This document shows, piece after piece, positions 35,957 to 46,206 of a stretch of DNA of 64,000 nucleotides (positions are counted from its first letter, which is position 1; the number at the start of each line of letters is the position of its first letter). The DNA comes from an uncultured Nitrospiraceae bacterium. GTDB lineage: Bacteria; Nitrospirota; Thermodesulfovibrionia; Thermodesulfovibrionales; Dissulfurispiraceae. A program made the position numbers and the translations under genes. The notes under the pieces were generated by a model, which saw nothing but the letters and a program-made list of their open reading frames with translations, had not been told where the DNA came from and searched no databases. The stretch is taken from NCBI GenBank assembly GCA_963705105.1, contig CAVPIW010000014.1, positions 160,001-224,000 on the forward strand, in the 5' to 3' direction.

Positions 35957-37336
35957 TTATTCCAGGCTGACTGACGCGGGGGGCTCTGACGAAATATTCA
36001 GCTCCTTGATCATCTTCCAGAGGGTCACCCTGCTGATGCCGAGGTAGTTCGCCGTAAGGGTCCTGTTCCAGTTGTGTTTTCTCAGGGCGGCGAGAAGGCA
36101 TTCGCGGCGGTCTGCATCCGCCCCGGGGATGCCCTTGCGGTTCCTGGCCTCGACGATGTAATCGGGGAGGTCCGCCAGGCCGATCACGTCTTCCCTGCAC
36201 GATATGGCGGCGAACTCCAGTGCGTTGATGAGCTGCCGGACGTTCCCCGGCCAGTGGTATGCCTCGATCGCCTCGACCGCCTCCGGCGTGACACGCTGAA
36301 TGGTCCGGCTGTTCACCAGGTTGATGCGCCGCAGGATGTGCGAAATAATGAGCGGCAGGTCCTCCTTCCGCTCCCTCAGGGCGGGAGTACGGATAGGTAT
36401 GACATTGATCCGGTAGTAGAGGTCCTCCCGGAACTGGCCCTTCTCGACCAGCTCATGGAGGTCTTTGTTCGTGGCGGTGACAAGGCGGATGTTAACATGG
36501 ATGGGCCTGTGATCGCCGACTCGCTCGATCTCCCTCTCCTGGATGACCCGTAAAAGCTTGACCTGCATGGGTTGGGACATGTCACCGATTTCATCGAGGA
36601 AGATGCTCCCGTTGTTCGCAGCTTCGAATCGCCCCTCACGGTCCTTGACGGCGCCGGTGAATGCGCCCCTGACGTGTCCGAAGAGCTCGCTCTCGAGGAG
36701 GAATTCATTGAGCGCCGCACAGTTGACCTTGATGTAGGGACCCTTGTTCCGCCGGCTCAGCTTGTGGATCGCGAGTGCCACGAGCTCCTTGCCCGTGCCG
36801 CTCTCGCCGGAGATGATCACCGGGGCTTCACTCCGCGCGGCGTTCTGGATCTGTTCATAGAGGCTCATCATGACGGGGCTCTTCCCGTCAAGCCCCATGA
36901 ATCCCTGTTCGTGCTTGAGCTCGTGCCGCAGTTCCTCGATCTCGAGATCTTTCATGTACAGAGAGGTGACATCAGTCATCGCCTCGACGGCGCCGACGAC
37001 CTCACCGGAAGGGTCTTTCAGGACAATGGCGTTTTTCAGCAGATGGACAACGCGTCCCTCTTTCGACCGGATGTGACATTTCTTTTTCGAGACCGATCCC
37101 AATTCGAAAAGCGGGCATTTCTTGTCCTTGCCCGATTCCCCGTGAAAGACGCAGGTATCGGTATCAAGAATGGTGCAGGGTTTCCCGATGACCTCATCCA
37201 CGCAGTACCCGGTAATCTCCTCGGCGGCCTTGTTGAAGAAGAGGATGGTCCCGTCCTTGTCGACGACCATGATGCCGCTGGTCATCGTCCTGAGGACGCT
37301 CATGAGAAAGCCTGGATCGGAGAAGAATTCTTGCAT
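35957..37336 (-). CDS. PAS-domain sigma-54-dependent transcriptional activator (Fis HTH)
   Basis: GESGTGKE, ESELFGH, GAFTGA, FLDEIGD, WPGNVRQL, LGISRVTLW. Confidence 0.95.
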   Translation of the reverse strand: MQEFFSDPGFLMSVLRTMTSGIMVVDKDGTILFFNKAAEEITGYCVDEVIGKPCTILDTDTCVFHGESGKDKKCPLFELGSVSKKKCHIRSKEGRVVHLLKNAIVLKDPSGEVVGAVEAMTDVTSLYMKDLEIEELRHELKHEQGFMGLDGKSPVMMSLYEQIQNAARSEAPVIISGESGTGKELVALAIHKLSRRNKGPYIKVNCAALNEFLLESELFGHVRGAFTGAVKDREGRFEAANNGSIFLDEIGDMSQPMQVKLLRVIQEREIERVGDHRPIHVNIRLVTATNKDLHELVEKGQFREDLYYRINVIPIRTPALRERKEDLPLIISHILRRINLVNSRTIQRVTPEAVEAIEAYHWPGNVRQLINALEFAAISCREDVIGLADLPDYIVEARNRKGIPGADADRRECLLAALRKHNWNRTLTANYLGISRVTLWKMIKELNISSEPPASVSLE

Positions 37337-37534
37337 ATATTTGTGTTAAAGACGTTGTTGACTTTGAACAGTATTTAACATTATTATTAACAGATTGGTC
37401 AAGAGGGCGGTAAAATCTATTGCGTTTGAATGGTTTTATTGCTTGCATGAATCCTGCAAATGATGAGAAATCTGAATAGGGTGACCCGCCCTTGGCGGGA
37501 AAAAATATATACATCGTTCGTGCAAGGAGGCAGT

Positions 37535-38884
37535 ATGAAGGGAAAGCACAGAGGGACCTTCCTGGCACTGGCGGTGCTTGCGGCGGCCCTGCTGCTCGTC
37601 TCGACGACGGGATTGGCGCAGCAGAAGCCGAAGATCCTCAAGCCCTGCTCTCAGTGCCACAAGGCGGATGAGAAAGTCCTGCGCGGTCTGCTCGGCAACG
37701 TTTCACAGAAGGCCGAGACATTCTCGATCAACGCAGGCGGCGTCTGGAACGTCAAGTTCGATGACACCACGAAGATCGTCGGGTGGGCGGGGGAGCTCCA
37801 CAAGATCCCCAAGGAGAAGGAGATTGCCGTAACCTACGTTGAGCGTGAAGGCGCCGTTTATGCTTCAGTCGTCTCGGTGAAGCAGCCTGCCAAGATCGCG
37901 CCGGAGAAAATGCTGACCGTCGAGCAGATGGCCGATATCGTCGAGAAGGGCGACGCCGTCATCGTCGACTCGCGCCCCGCTCCCCGGTTTTACGAGGGGG
38001 CGCTCCCCGGCGCCATCAACATCTATGACGCCGAATTCGACAAGCATATCGACAAGCTGCCGCAGGACAAGAACAAGCTCATCGTTTTCTACTGCGCGGG
38101 ACCTACCTGAAGGCTGAGCCCCTCCTCTGCCAGTAAGGCGGAGAAACTCGGCTACACGAACGTCAGGATCTTCCATGACGGCATACCTGCCTGGAAGAAG
38201 TCCGGCAAGCTCACGATCGAGTGCGTCCAGTGTCTCGTCGAGCGCGTGAAGCTCGACATCCCGACGATTATTGTGGACCTGAGGTCCCCGGGCGATGCGA
38301 AGAAGGAGCATATCCCCGGCGCCGTCAGTGTCCCTATGACGGACATCAGCTCGGCCTACGAGCGTTTCCCCAAGGACAAGAGGGCGCCCATCGTCCTCTA
38401 TTCGCACGACACCAGGTCGGCCGTCCAGGCCTTCGAGGTCATCAGCATCTGGGGCGGATTCACGAACATCACCGTCCTGCAGGGCGGGTTCCCCGAGTGG
38501 AAGAAGCTGGGAGGCAAGGTCGCATCGGGAGACCTGCCGACGAAGATCGTCTATGAGCCCAAGCCGAGGCCCGGAGAGATCGGGATAGAAGAGTTCAAGA
38601 AGATCGCCGAGACGAGACCTGCGGACAAATTCATCCTCGACGTGAGAGACTCCGAGGAGGCCGAGGCGGGCATGCTCGTGGGCGCGAAGAACATCCCGAC
38701 CCAGGACATCCCGAAGAAAATAGGCGAGTTCCCCAAGGACAAGGAGATCGTCATCCATTGCACCACGGGGGTGAGGGCCGAGCTTGCCTACCACTCCCTG
38801 AAAGATGCAGGGTACAAGTCCCGGTTTCTAAACGCGATCGTCAAGATCGACCCGGCCGGCAGATACGAGATAACAAAGGAGTAA
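37535..38884 (+). CDS. Exported multi-rhodanese protein with a CxxCH motif, probable selenoprotein
   Basis: AGGAGG RBS, signal peptide, CSQCH, three rhodanese-like domains. In-frame TGA at 38108-38110 in FYCAGPT-U-RLSP, followed by a hairpin. Confidence 0.85.
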
Positions 38885-38888
38885 GACA

Positions 38889-40244
38889 TCAGAAGGGCGA
38901 CCAGCTCGGCCTGGTCGCCCTCACATTCCTCGGCGTCACCCTCTTCTGACCCTCCCCGTTGACCACCATGACATAGATCCCCTTGGCTCCGTCCCTGTCG
39001 GACGTGAAGGCTATAAACCTGCCGTCAGGGGAGAAGGTGGGGTCCTCGTTGTTGCCCCGGTCGGTCAGGCGGGCGACACCGCTTCCGTCGGGTTTCATGA
39101 CGTAAATCTGCTTTCTCCCGCCGATGAGACTCACATAAGCGATGCGGTCGCCTTTCGGGGACCAGACGGGCGACGTGTTATTTGACCCTTCGAAGGTGAG
39201 CCGCTTGATCATCTCGCCGTTCCTGTCGGCGCTGTAAATCTGGGGGCTGCCGGAACGGTTCGAGGCGAAGAGGATCGTCCTGCCGTCGGGTGACACGGCC
39301 GGTGACACATCGATCCACGGAGATGAGATGATGTTTCTCCCCTTCATGCTCGTTGCATCGCCGATGTAGATGCCGTGCCTGCCATCCTTGGAGGATGTGA
39401 AAACGAATTCCCTGCCGTCGGGGAAAAAGTTCCCCGACATGTTCAGCCCCTGGAGAATGACGAGCTCCCGTTCTTTCAGCGTACCCAGGTCAAGCACGTA
39501 GATGTTCCAGCGCCGGTTCCGCTCCGCAGCATAGAGGAGACGCGACCCGTCGGGTGACCACCGGGGCGTCAGCATGATGCCTCCCGTCAGGCCGATGCCC
39601 TGGCTGCGGTGACCGTCCCAGTCCATGAGGGCGATCTCTTTTTTCGCTCCCCGCTCAGTCACATAGGCCATGCGGGTCCTGAAGACGCCCTGCCGTCCCG
39701 TGAGGAGTTTGTAGATATCATTCGCGACGGAGTGGCCGATGGTCCTCTGTGCCTCCGCCGACCCGGAATACTCTTTCTTCAGCACCTCCCGCTGCTCGGA
39801 CACGTCGAAGGCCGAAACGACGACGGTAAGACCCTTTCCGCGCGCCACCGTCCCCTTGACGACGAGGTCGACGCCGAGGCCGCGCCACCGGTCTGCCAGG
39901 AAAGGCTGATCGGGCCGCTCGATCTGAGCCGCGTCGTCAATACACTCGAAGAGTCCCGTCATGGTGAGGTCATCCCTGACGACTGTCGAAATCTCCCTTC
40001 CGTTCGTAAATGGCTGGATCGCAATGGGGAGTTTTCTGACACCGGGAGAGGTGATATCGAGGTAGACCTTACCTTGAGCCTCACAGGGTGGGGGCACAAG
40101 GGCCAGACTCAAAACTGCGATCAGCATGCAGACCGTAAGGATCAGGCGGAGCCGGCCCGCGTTCAGGGTAATCGTGCATGGAAGGGCGGGGCGAAGCACT
40201 CCGAAAACACTGGCCGGGTTCAGTATTCCTGACGGGGTTGTCAT
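38889..40244 (-). CDS. tolB: Tol-Pal beta-propeller protein TolB
   Basis: Repeated PxWSPDG (PD40) units downstream of tolQRA; start uncertain (40244 or 40127). Confidence 0.9.
   Translation of the reverse strand: MTTPSGILNPASVFGVLRPALPCTITLNAGRLRLILTVCMLIAVLSLALVPPPCEAQGKVYLDITSPGVRKLPIAIQPFTNGREISTVVRDDLTMTGLFECIDDAAQIERPDQPFLADRWRGLGVDLVVKGTVARGKGLTVVVSAFDVSEQREVLKKEYSGSAEAQRTIGHSVANDIYKLLTGRQGVFRTRMAYVTERGAKKEIALMDWDGHRSQGIGLTGGIMLTPRWSPDGSRLLYAAERNRRWNIYVLDLGTLKERELVILQGLNMSGNFFPDGREFVFTSSKDGRHGIYIGDATSMKGRNIISSPWIDVSPAVSPDGRTILFASNRSGSPQIYSADRNGEMIKRLTFEGSNNTSPVWSPKGDRIAYVSLIGGRKQIYVMKPDGSGVARLTDRGNNEDPTFSPDGRFIAFTSDRDGAKGIYVMVVNGEGQKRVTPRNVRATRPSWSPF
40170..40215 (-). repeat. Half copy of the modular repeat at the tolB 5' end
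   Basis: TGCATGGAAGGGCGGGGCGAAGCACTCCGAAAACACTG. Confidence 0.65.
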
Positions 40245-40972
40245 GGCCTGAACCTCACGCCGATCTCCATGTCGGCAGGAGGAGGGGGCAGGGGGCTTGC
40301 CTTCTGGATGGCCCGCAGGACGGACCGGTCAAAGAGGCTGTTCCCGGAGCCTTTTTCGATCTTGTCGATCGTCACCTTTCCGTCCCGTGCGATCCGGATC
40401 GCGACTACCGCTTCGAGGTCCCTTTCGGATCCCTCCGGGAAGATCCACTGCTTTCTGATTTTCTCGACGACCATGGCGTAATAGGTCCCTCCTCCGGACT
40501 GGGCGCCCGATCCGCCGGACGTCCCTGCCCTGTCCGTCTTCGGGGCCGCGGCTGCCGTTTCCCTGCGCGCCGCCGACCCGCCCGAGGACACATCGACGGT
40601 CTTCCGCAAAGCGGCAAGTTTCTCGATTTTCTTTTTGGCCTGGAGCGCCGCGATCCTGTCGGCTACCCGGCCGTCGTCCTCTTTCTTCGTCGCTTCTTTT
40701 TTCACCGCCGGCGCCTGGGGCTGCACCGCTTTTTCACGCTCTACCGTTTTCTTCTGCTCAGGACGCTCTTCCCGCCGGGCCTGCTCCCTCACTGCGGGGC
40801 CGCCGCCGGCGGGGCGGGAGGAGACGGTCGGGCTGTCGACGAGAGAGACGATGTAGGGCATGGGAGGCGGCTTTCCCCGGGAAAGGAGCATGATCAGGAT
40901 GGCGGAGAGAAAGAGGACGGCATGGAGGGCGAGGGAGTAGGGGAGGTAATTGGAGAGGCCCCGCTTCGTCAT
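40241..40972 (-). CDS. tolA: TolA/TonB C-terminal domain protein
   Basis: TM with SxxLH, charged linker, SGNSLFDRSVLRAI..ASPLP; operon position. Confidence 0.8.
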   Translation of the reverse strand: MTKRGLSNYLPYSLALHAVLFLSAILIMLLSRGKPPPMPYIVSLVDSPTVSSRPAGGGPAVREQARREERPEQKKTVEREKAVQPQAPAVKKEATKKEDDGRVADRIAALQAKKKIEKLAALRKTVDVSSGGSAARRETAAAAPKTDRAGTSGGSGAQSGGGTYYAMVVEKIRKQWIFPEGSERDLEAVVAIRIARDGKVTIDKIEKGSGNSLFDRSVLRAIQKASPLPPPPADMEIGVRFRP

Positions 40973-41370
40973 TGCAGGGACATCTTCGGTTCCGTGACGA
41001 GCCCCAGTTTTTCGATCCCTGCCTCCTTGATCTCTCCCATCACCTCGGCGATGAGACCGTAGGGAACATCACGATCGGCTTTGAGGAAGACGTTCGGATT
41101 CTGCTTGCTCGCCGCGGACAGCCGTTTCACCAACTGCTGCGTCGAAACGGGATTGTCGTTCAGGAAGATAGCCCCCCCTTTCCTGATCACGACGGTGATC
41201 CGTTCTTCCGTGGGCATGTCCTTGCCTTTGGCCTTCGGCAGGTTGACGTCGACGCCCTGCTGAAGGAGAGGCGCCGTGACCATGAAGATGATGAGGAGCA
41301 CGAGCATGACGTCGACGAGAGGGGTGACGTTGATCTCGGACATGGCCGTTCTCTGTCTGGCGACTTTCAT
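40969..41370 (-). CDS. tolR: TolR
   Basis: EINVTPLVDVMLVLLIIFMVTAP. Confidence 0.92.
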   Translation of the reverse strand: MKVARQRTAMSEINVTPLVDVMLVLLIIFMVTAPLLQQGVDVNLPKAKGKDMPTEERITVVIRKGGAIFLNDNPVSTQQLVKRLSAASKQNPNVFLKADRDVPYGLIAEVMGEIKEAGIEKLGLVTEPKMSLQ

Positions 41371-41377
41371 GGCGTCT

Positions 41378-41505
41378 CCGCAGTGTGTGTGTGAGTGTCA
41401 GTGTCAGTGAAAGGCCTGACTGTCAAACCCCGGCAAGGATTCGGCAACCGCCGCGATGCCACCTTCGCCCCGCCTTTTCGGGCGGTATCTATAACAGTCA
41501 GTGTC
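41378..41505. repeat. Degenerate modular-repeat copy between tolQ and tolR
   Basis: GTGTGAGTGTCAGTGTCAGTG and CTTCGCCCCGCCTTTTC modules. Confidence 0.6.
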
Positions 41506-42130
41506 ATTTCTCTTTCAGGATGTAATCGACGAGCTCCTCGGAAAAGTCGTCCATATCGATGATCATCCTGTTCGCTCTGCTGAGGAAATAGTTGTAGGCG
41601 ACGACGGCCGGGATGGCAGCGGCGAGGCCGACGGCCGTCGCGATGAGGGCCTCGGCGATGCCGGGGGCGACGACGGCGAGCGATGCCGATCCGGCGCTCC
41701 CGATGCCGCGGAATGAGTTCATGATGCCCCAGACCGTCCCGAAGAGGCCGATGAAGGGCGTCGTCGATCCTGTCGTGGCGAGGAAGTTGAGGTATTTTTC
41801 GAGCTTCGCCGACTCGAGGGCCGCATACCGTCTGAGCATGCGCTTGAGCTCGTCGCGGTCGATGTAGGTCTTTTCGGCATACACGGACCGGAAGAGGTTC
41901 GACAGGGGGCTGACGGCATACTTTTTCGACGCAGAAAAGAGATCCTTCGGGTCTCTCGTCGAGTTGTAGATCCGGAGGAAATGCTCGGTCTCCTTGTCGG
42001 ATCCCTGAAAGTGGCGCCATTTCTGGAAAATGATCGCCCAGGACACGATGGAGAAGAAAAGAAGGCATATCAGGACGGCCTTGACGACGTAGCCGGCCTG
42101 CAGAATGAGTTGTAACGCCGATTGTTCCAT
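41504..42130 (-). CDS. tolQ: TolQ
   Basis: TPFIGLFGTVWGIM, VAPGIAEALIATA; AGGAGG RBS before ATG at 42130. Confidence 0.93.
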   Translation of the reverse strand: MEQSALQLILQAGYVVKAVLICLLFFSIVSWAIIFQKWRHFQGSDKETEHFLRIYNSTRDPKDLFSASKKYAVSPLSNLFRSVYAEKTYIDRDELKRMLRRYAALESAKLEKYLNFLATTGSTTPFIGLFGTVWGIMNSFRGIGSAGSASLAVVAPGIAEALIATAVGLAAAIPAVVAYNYFLSRANRMIIDMDDFSEELVDYILKEK

Positions 42131-42232
42131 AGACCTCCTAAATCTTCTCACTTTATCCAATATCTTTTTAAAATGTCAAATTGTCGCATCATTTCAGTTG
42201 CTTTTTTCCCCAATGCTGCGGTAATGTGCAGT

Positions 42233-43222
42233 ATGGGTTACACGGACATCGTCCACGGTTTCAGGGGCAAGAGAATCCTGATTATAGGCGATCTCATCCT
42301 CGACCGGTACATCTACGGAAAGGTGCGCCGGATCTCTCCGGAGGCGCCCGTGCCGGTCGTCGAGGTGACGGGGGAGTCCTTTCTCCTCGGCGGCGCCGCC
42401 AATGTGGCGAACAACATCGTGGCCCTCGGCGGCAGGGTCTCTCTTGCCGGTGTCGTTGGGAGGGACACGGCCGGGACTGTCTTCCGGGAACTGCTGCAGG
42501 AAAAGGGGATCGAGGTGTCAGGCATCATAGAAGACAAGCGCCATACGACGGTCAAGACAAGGATCCTCGCCCACAACCAGCAGGTCGTCCGGTTCGACCG
42601 GGAAGACACGAAGAGGGTCGAGGGAAAGAACCTCTCCCGGCTCCTCGATTACCTCCGCGAGGCAGTTCCCGCCCACGATGCCGTGATCGTCTCGGATTAC
42701 AAGAAAGGCGTCATTTCGTCGATGCTCATCAAGTCCCTCGTCCGGTTCTCCGCCGTCAACGGGACCTTCATCGCCGTCGATCCCAAGGTGGGCCATTTCC
42801 ATTTCTACAAAAACGTCTCCCTCATCACGCCGAATACCCTCGAGGCCTCCCAGGGCGCGGGTGTCGAGATCCGCGACGAGAAGAGCCTCCTGAAGGCCGG
42901 TCGGACCCTGCTGACCCGGCTTCACTGCCGGTCCATCCTCGTCACGAGAGGCGAGGACGGTATGAGCCTCTTCACTCGCGGAGATGCCTCACGGGGAACT
43001 GAGGTCATTCACATCCCGACGGCGGCGAAAAAGGTCTTCGATGTGACCGGTGCAGGCGACACCGTCATTGCCACCTTCACCCTTGCCCATGCTGCCGGGG
43101 CCTCACTTGAAGAGGCCGCCGTCATCGCCAACCACTCAGCCGGCATCGTCGTCGGCGAGGTGGGCACCGCCGTTTCGACGCCGGGGCAACTGCTGAAATC
43201 CCTGGTCAGGGCGGGTGAATAG
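42233..43222 (+). CDS. rfaE1: D-glycero-beta-D-manno-heptose-7-phosphate kinase (stand-alone HldE kinase domain)
   Basis: RISPEAPVPV, GGAANVA, SDYKKG, DVTGAGDT. Confidence 0.92.
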   Translation: MGYTDIVHGFRGKRILIIGDLILDRYIYGKVRRISPEAPVPVVEVTGESFLLGGAANVANNIVALGGRVSLAGVVGRDTAGTVFRELLQEKGIEVSGIIEDKRHTTVKTRILAHNQQVVRFDREDTKRVEGKNLSRLLDYLREAVPAHDAVIVSDYKKGVISSMLIKSLVRFSAVNGTFIAVDPKVGHFHFYKNVSLITPNTLEASQGAGVEIRDEKSLLKAGRTLLTRLHCRSILVTRGEDGMSLFTRGDASRGTEVIHIPTAAKKVFDVTGAGDTVIATFTLAHAAGASLEEAAVIANHSAGIVVGEVGTAVSTPGQLLKSLVRAGE

Positions 43223-43227
43223 GGGGC

Positions 43228-44232
43228 ATGGCGAAGGCGATCGCCCTTTACTCGGGAGGCCTCGACAGCATCCTTGCCATCCTGACCGTCCTGAAACAGG
43301 GCGTGAGCGTCTCGGCCCTGACTTTTCTGACCCGCATCGGCTGCGGCGTCTCCGCTGAAGGACCGGCCTCCCGGGGGCTCCACGAAAAGGCGAAGGATCA
43401 CGGGTTCTCCCTCCAACTCAGGGACCTCTCGGACAAATTCCTGGACATCGTGAAGCGGCCCAAACACGGCTACGGCAAGAACATGAACCCCTGCCTCGAC
43501 TGCAAGATCCTCATGCTCAGGGAGGCGAAGGAGGAAATGACGGCGCAGGGCGCCGACTTCGTCGTCACCGGCGAGGTGCTCTGGCAGAGGCCCATGAGCC
43601 AGCGCCGCGACACCTTTCCGGTCATCGACCGCGAAGCGGGCCTCGATGGACTCATCCTCCGGCCCCTGAGCGCGAAGCTCCTGAAGCCGACGATCCCGGA
43701 AGAACGGGGACTCATCGATAGGGAAAAACTGCACGGGTTCTCCGGCAGGGGAAGGAAGCCCCAGATGGCCCTTGCCGCGGATTTCGGCCTCACCGACTAC
43801 CCGCAGCCGGCAGGCGGATGCCTCCTGACGGACCCGATCTACTCTGCCCGACTGAGAGACCTCCTCGGCAGAAACCCGGCGGCGACCATGACGGACCTGG
43901 CCCTCCTCAGGACGGGCCGCCACTTCAGGGTGTCCGGTGACACAGAGATCCTGGTAGGAAGGGATGAGCGTGACAACGATGCGCTCATGGGGCTGGCCGG
44001 GGCATCGGACTACGTGCTGAGCGTCGACGGGTTCGGGAGCCCGGCAACGCTCGTCCGGGGCGCTGTCACGGACGACGTCCTCATGCTCGCCGCCTCAATC
44101 TGCGCGAGGTATTCCGACGCGAAAGGACTGCCCACCGTTGCCGTGACGGTGCAGCAGGGAGGACACACGCGCGTTGTCACTGTTGCGCCCATCAGGGACA
44201 TCGACCTCGACGCCTACCGCCCGCAGCATTGA
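43228..44232 (+). CDS. PP-loop ThiI/MnmA-like tRNA thiolation family protein
   Basis: SGGLDS, NPCLDCK, QRPMSQ, PAGGCLLT. Confidence 0.75.
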   Translation: MAKAIALYSGGLDSILAILTVLKQGVSVSALTFLTRIGCGVSAEGPASRGLHEKAKDHGFSLQLRDLSDKFLDIVKRPKHGYGKNMNPCLDCKILMLREAKEEMTAQGADFVVTGEVLWQRPMSQRRDTFPVIDREAGLDGLILRPLSAKLLKPTIPEERGLIDREKLHGFSGRGRKPQMALAADFGLTDYPQPAGGCLLTDPIYSARLRDLLGRNPAATMTDLALLRTGRHFRVSGDTEILVGRDERDNDALMGLAGASDYVLSVDGFGSPATLVRGAVTDDVLMLAASICARYSDAKGLPTVAVTVQQGGHTRVVTVAPIRDIDLDAYRPQH

Positions 44233-44243
44233 ACCTGCCTGTA

Positions 44244-44636
44244 TCACAGCTTGCACGCGTACTTCCTGCACCTGAGAGGCCGTTGTTGATGAATCGAACA
44301 CATATACGTCGTCCGGTTCAGGTGGGGGCAATAGCCGTCCTCGTCGCGGGCGATATAATAGGGGCGCAGGGGATTATGCCTGACGTGGCCCCTGCGTACC
44401 TCTTCCTGCGTGAGGGCGAAGACATAGGTGCAGCAGAGGGCCCGACACCATTCGAGCTTTGACAGGCAGTCGACGTAGGCCTCCGGCTCCGTTTCGTCTT
44501 CGAGACCATAGACAATCCCGTCGATCAGCACCATCCGCTCCAGGGCGATCTCGAAAAGCCTCGCCTTCTCGGCCTCGGACAGGTCCGTCGTCGCGGCCCT
44601 GACGGGGCACTCCTCACTTTTCTTGTCTTCAGGCAT
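44244..44636 (-). CDS. YkgJ-like cysteine-cluster protein
   Basis: C..CRALCC, GYCPHL, CSIHQQRPLRC. Confidence 0.75.
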   Translation of the reverse strand: MPEDKKSEECPVRAATTDLSEAEKARLFEIALERMVLIDGIVYGLEDETEPEAYVDCLSKLEWCRALCCTYVFALTQEEVRRGHVRHNPLRPYYIARDEDGYCPHLNRTTYMCSIHQQRPLRCRKYACKL

Positions 44637-44731
44637 ACATTGTTTTTACCATATTTTGACGGTCCTGTCGACCATTGCGGCATCGACAAGGCTGCAGCAT
44701 ATGGTTGTCCTCCGACATTCTCAGGCTGTTC

Positions 44732-44818
44732 TGTCATTCCGGCTCGTCCGGAATCGTTCTTTTATTTCAGAAGGATTTCCGACGGCTCCGCAGCAAGTGC
44801 GGGCTTGCGGGAATGACA
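44732..44818. repeat. GTCATT..AATGAC palindromic REP-like element
   Basis: TGTCATTCCGGCTCGTCCGGAATC..GCGGGCTTGCGGGAATGACA. Confidence 0.7.
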
Positions 44819-44948
44819 ACCTGTGTGGTCACCCCGTGACGCCTTAACAGGGCTCCGTTCAGGTCGTCGTTTCGATGGTCGATAACAATACATCCGTCAA
44901 GAAAGAGATCGGGGGGGAATATATCGGGCCCCGGTGAGGTGAGAAGAC

Positions 44949-45356
44949 ATGAAGGACCAGAGAGCGCATACAAGAATCCGGACTCAGGGCACGGTGATGC
45001 TGAAGCCGGCGATCGATTCGCCCACGGTCACGCGAGCCGCCCTTGTTGACATGAGTTACAAGGGAATGGCCGTTTCGTGCCGGGAGATGATCGAAAAGGG
45101 ACGAATCGTTTTCATTACCCTGGCAAATGTGGCGCCTCTGAAAGGGTGGCTGTTCATCGGCACCGGTGAGGTTGTTGCAGTCAATGCCACGAAGAGAGGG
45201 GCCTCGGACGTCTACCGGATCTCCTTCAAGTTTGTGGACGTCCAGGCAGGCCTCGTCCAGCGCGTGATCCAGGGTATCCTGAGGCACAGGATTCTTCAGA
45301 CGAGGAAAAAGGCTGTAACTGCGGCGGCCGGGAAAGGTGGCAGCGTCCGCTTCTGA
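44949..45356 (+). CDS. PilZ domain protein
   Basis: QRAHTR (RxxxR) and DMSYKG (DxSxxG). Confidence 0.8.
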   Translation: MKDQRAHTRIRTQGTVMLKPAIDSPTVTRAALVDMSYKGMAVSCREMIEKGRIVFITLANVAPLKGWLFIGTGEVVAVNATKRGASDVYRISFKFVDVQAGLVQRVIQGILRHRILQTRKKAVTAAAGKGGSVRF

Positions 45357-45366
45357 GGCGGAGAGG

Positions 45367-46206
45367 CTATAGCCTCACGGGCACACTGCGGGTCTTCAGG
45401 TACTCCTTTGCTTCCCGGACGGTGTATTCCCGATAGTGGAAAATGGACGCGGCGAGAGCGGCATCGGCCTTCCCGGCGGTGAGGCCCTCGTAGAGGTGTT
45501 CGAGATTGCCGACGCCCCCTGAAGCGATGACAGGAATCGTGACCGTTTCGGCAATCGTTTTTGTTAATTCAATATCGTAGCCGTCCCTGGTGCCGTCCCG
45601 GTCCATGCTCGTCAAAAGGATCTCGCCGGCGCCGAGCTCCTCCATCCTCCGTGCCCACGCAACTGCATTTATGCGCTTCATGACGCGGCCGCCGTGCGTC
45701 GAGATCGCCCAGGTCATCCCTGAAACGGGTCCCGCCAGGCAGACATCCCTCAGTGCTTCGTCGGCATACCACGGTTCGTCCGGGCCGTATGTGAGGCCTT
45801 CAGCGATCCGTTTGGCATCGATGGCGACGACGATGCACTGGCTGCCGAATCTCTCGGCGGCGCGGCTGACGAAGAAGGGGTCTTTCACCGCCGTCGTGTT
45901 GATCGACACCTTGTCGCAGCCCGCATTGAGGAGGTCCCTGATGTCGTCGGTGCTCTTGATCCCTCCGCCGACGGTCAGGGGCATGAAAACGTCCGTGGCA
46001 GTCCTCTCGACGACGTCGAGGATGATTTTCCGCTTCTCATGGGAGGCCGTGATATCGAGGAAGACGAGCTCATCGGCGCCCTGCTCGTCGTAAAAAATCG
46101 CATTGTCGACAGGGTCTCCGGCGTCGCGCAGATTGACGAAGCTCACGCCCTTGACGACACGCCCGTCCTTCACGTCAAGACAGGGGATGATCCTCTTGGC
46201 AAGCAT
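45367..46206 (-). CDS. hisF: Imidazole glycerol phosphate synthase cyclase subunit
   Basis: [31 protein letters not shown]. Confidence 0.97.
   Translation of the reverse strand: MLAKRIIPCLDVKDGRVVKGVSFVNLRDAGDPVDNAIFYDEQGADELVFLDITASHEKRKIILDVVERTATDVFMPLTVGGGIKSTDDIRDLLNAGCDKVSINTTAVKDPFFVSRAAERFGSQCIVVAIDAKRIAEGLTYGPDEPWYADEALRDVCLAGPVSGMTWAISTHGGRVMKRINAVAWARRMEELGAGEILLTSMDRDGTRDGYDIELTKTIAETVTIPVIASGGVGNLEHLYEGLTAGKADAALAASIFHYREYTVREAKEYLKTRSVPVRL

Noticed and set aside
35895..35960. TGACTT-type short tandem repeats
   Set aside because: Short and degenerate; no function can be supported.
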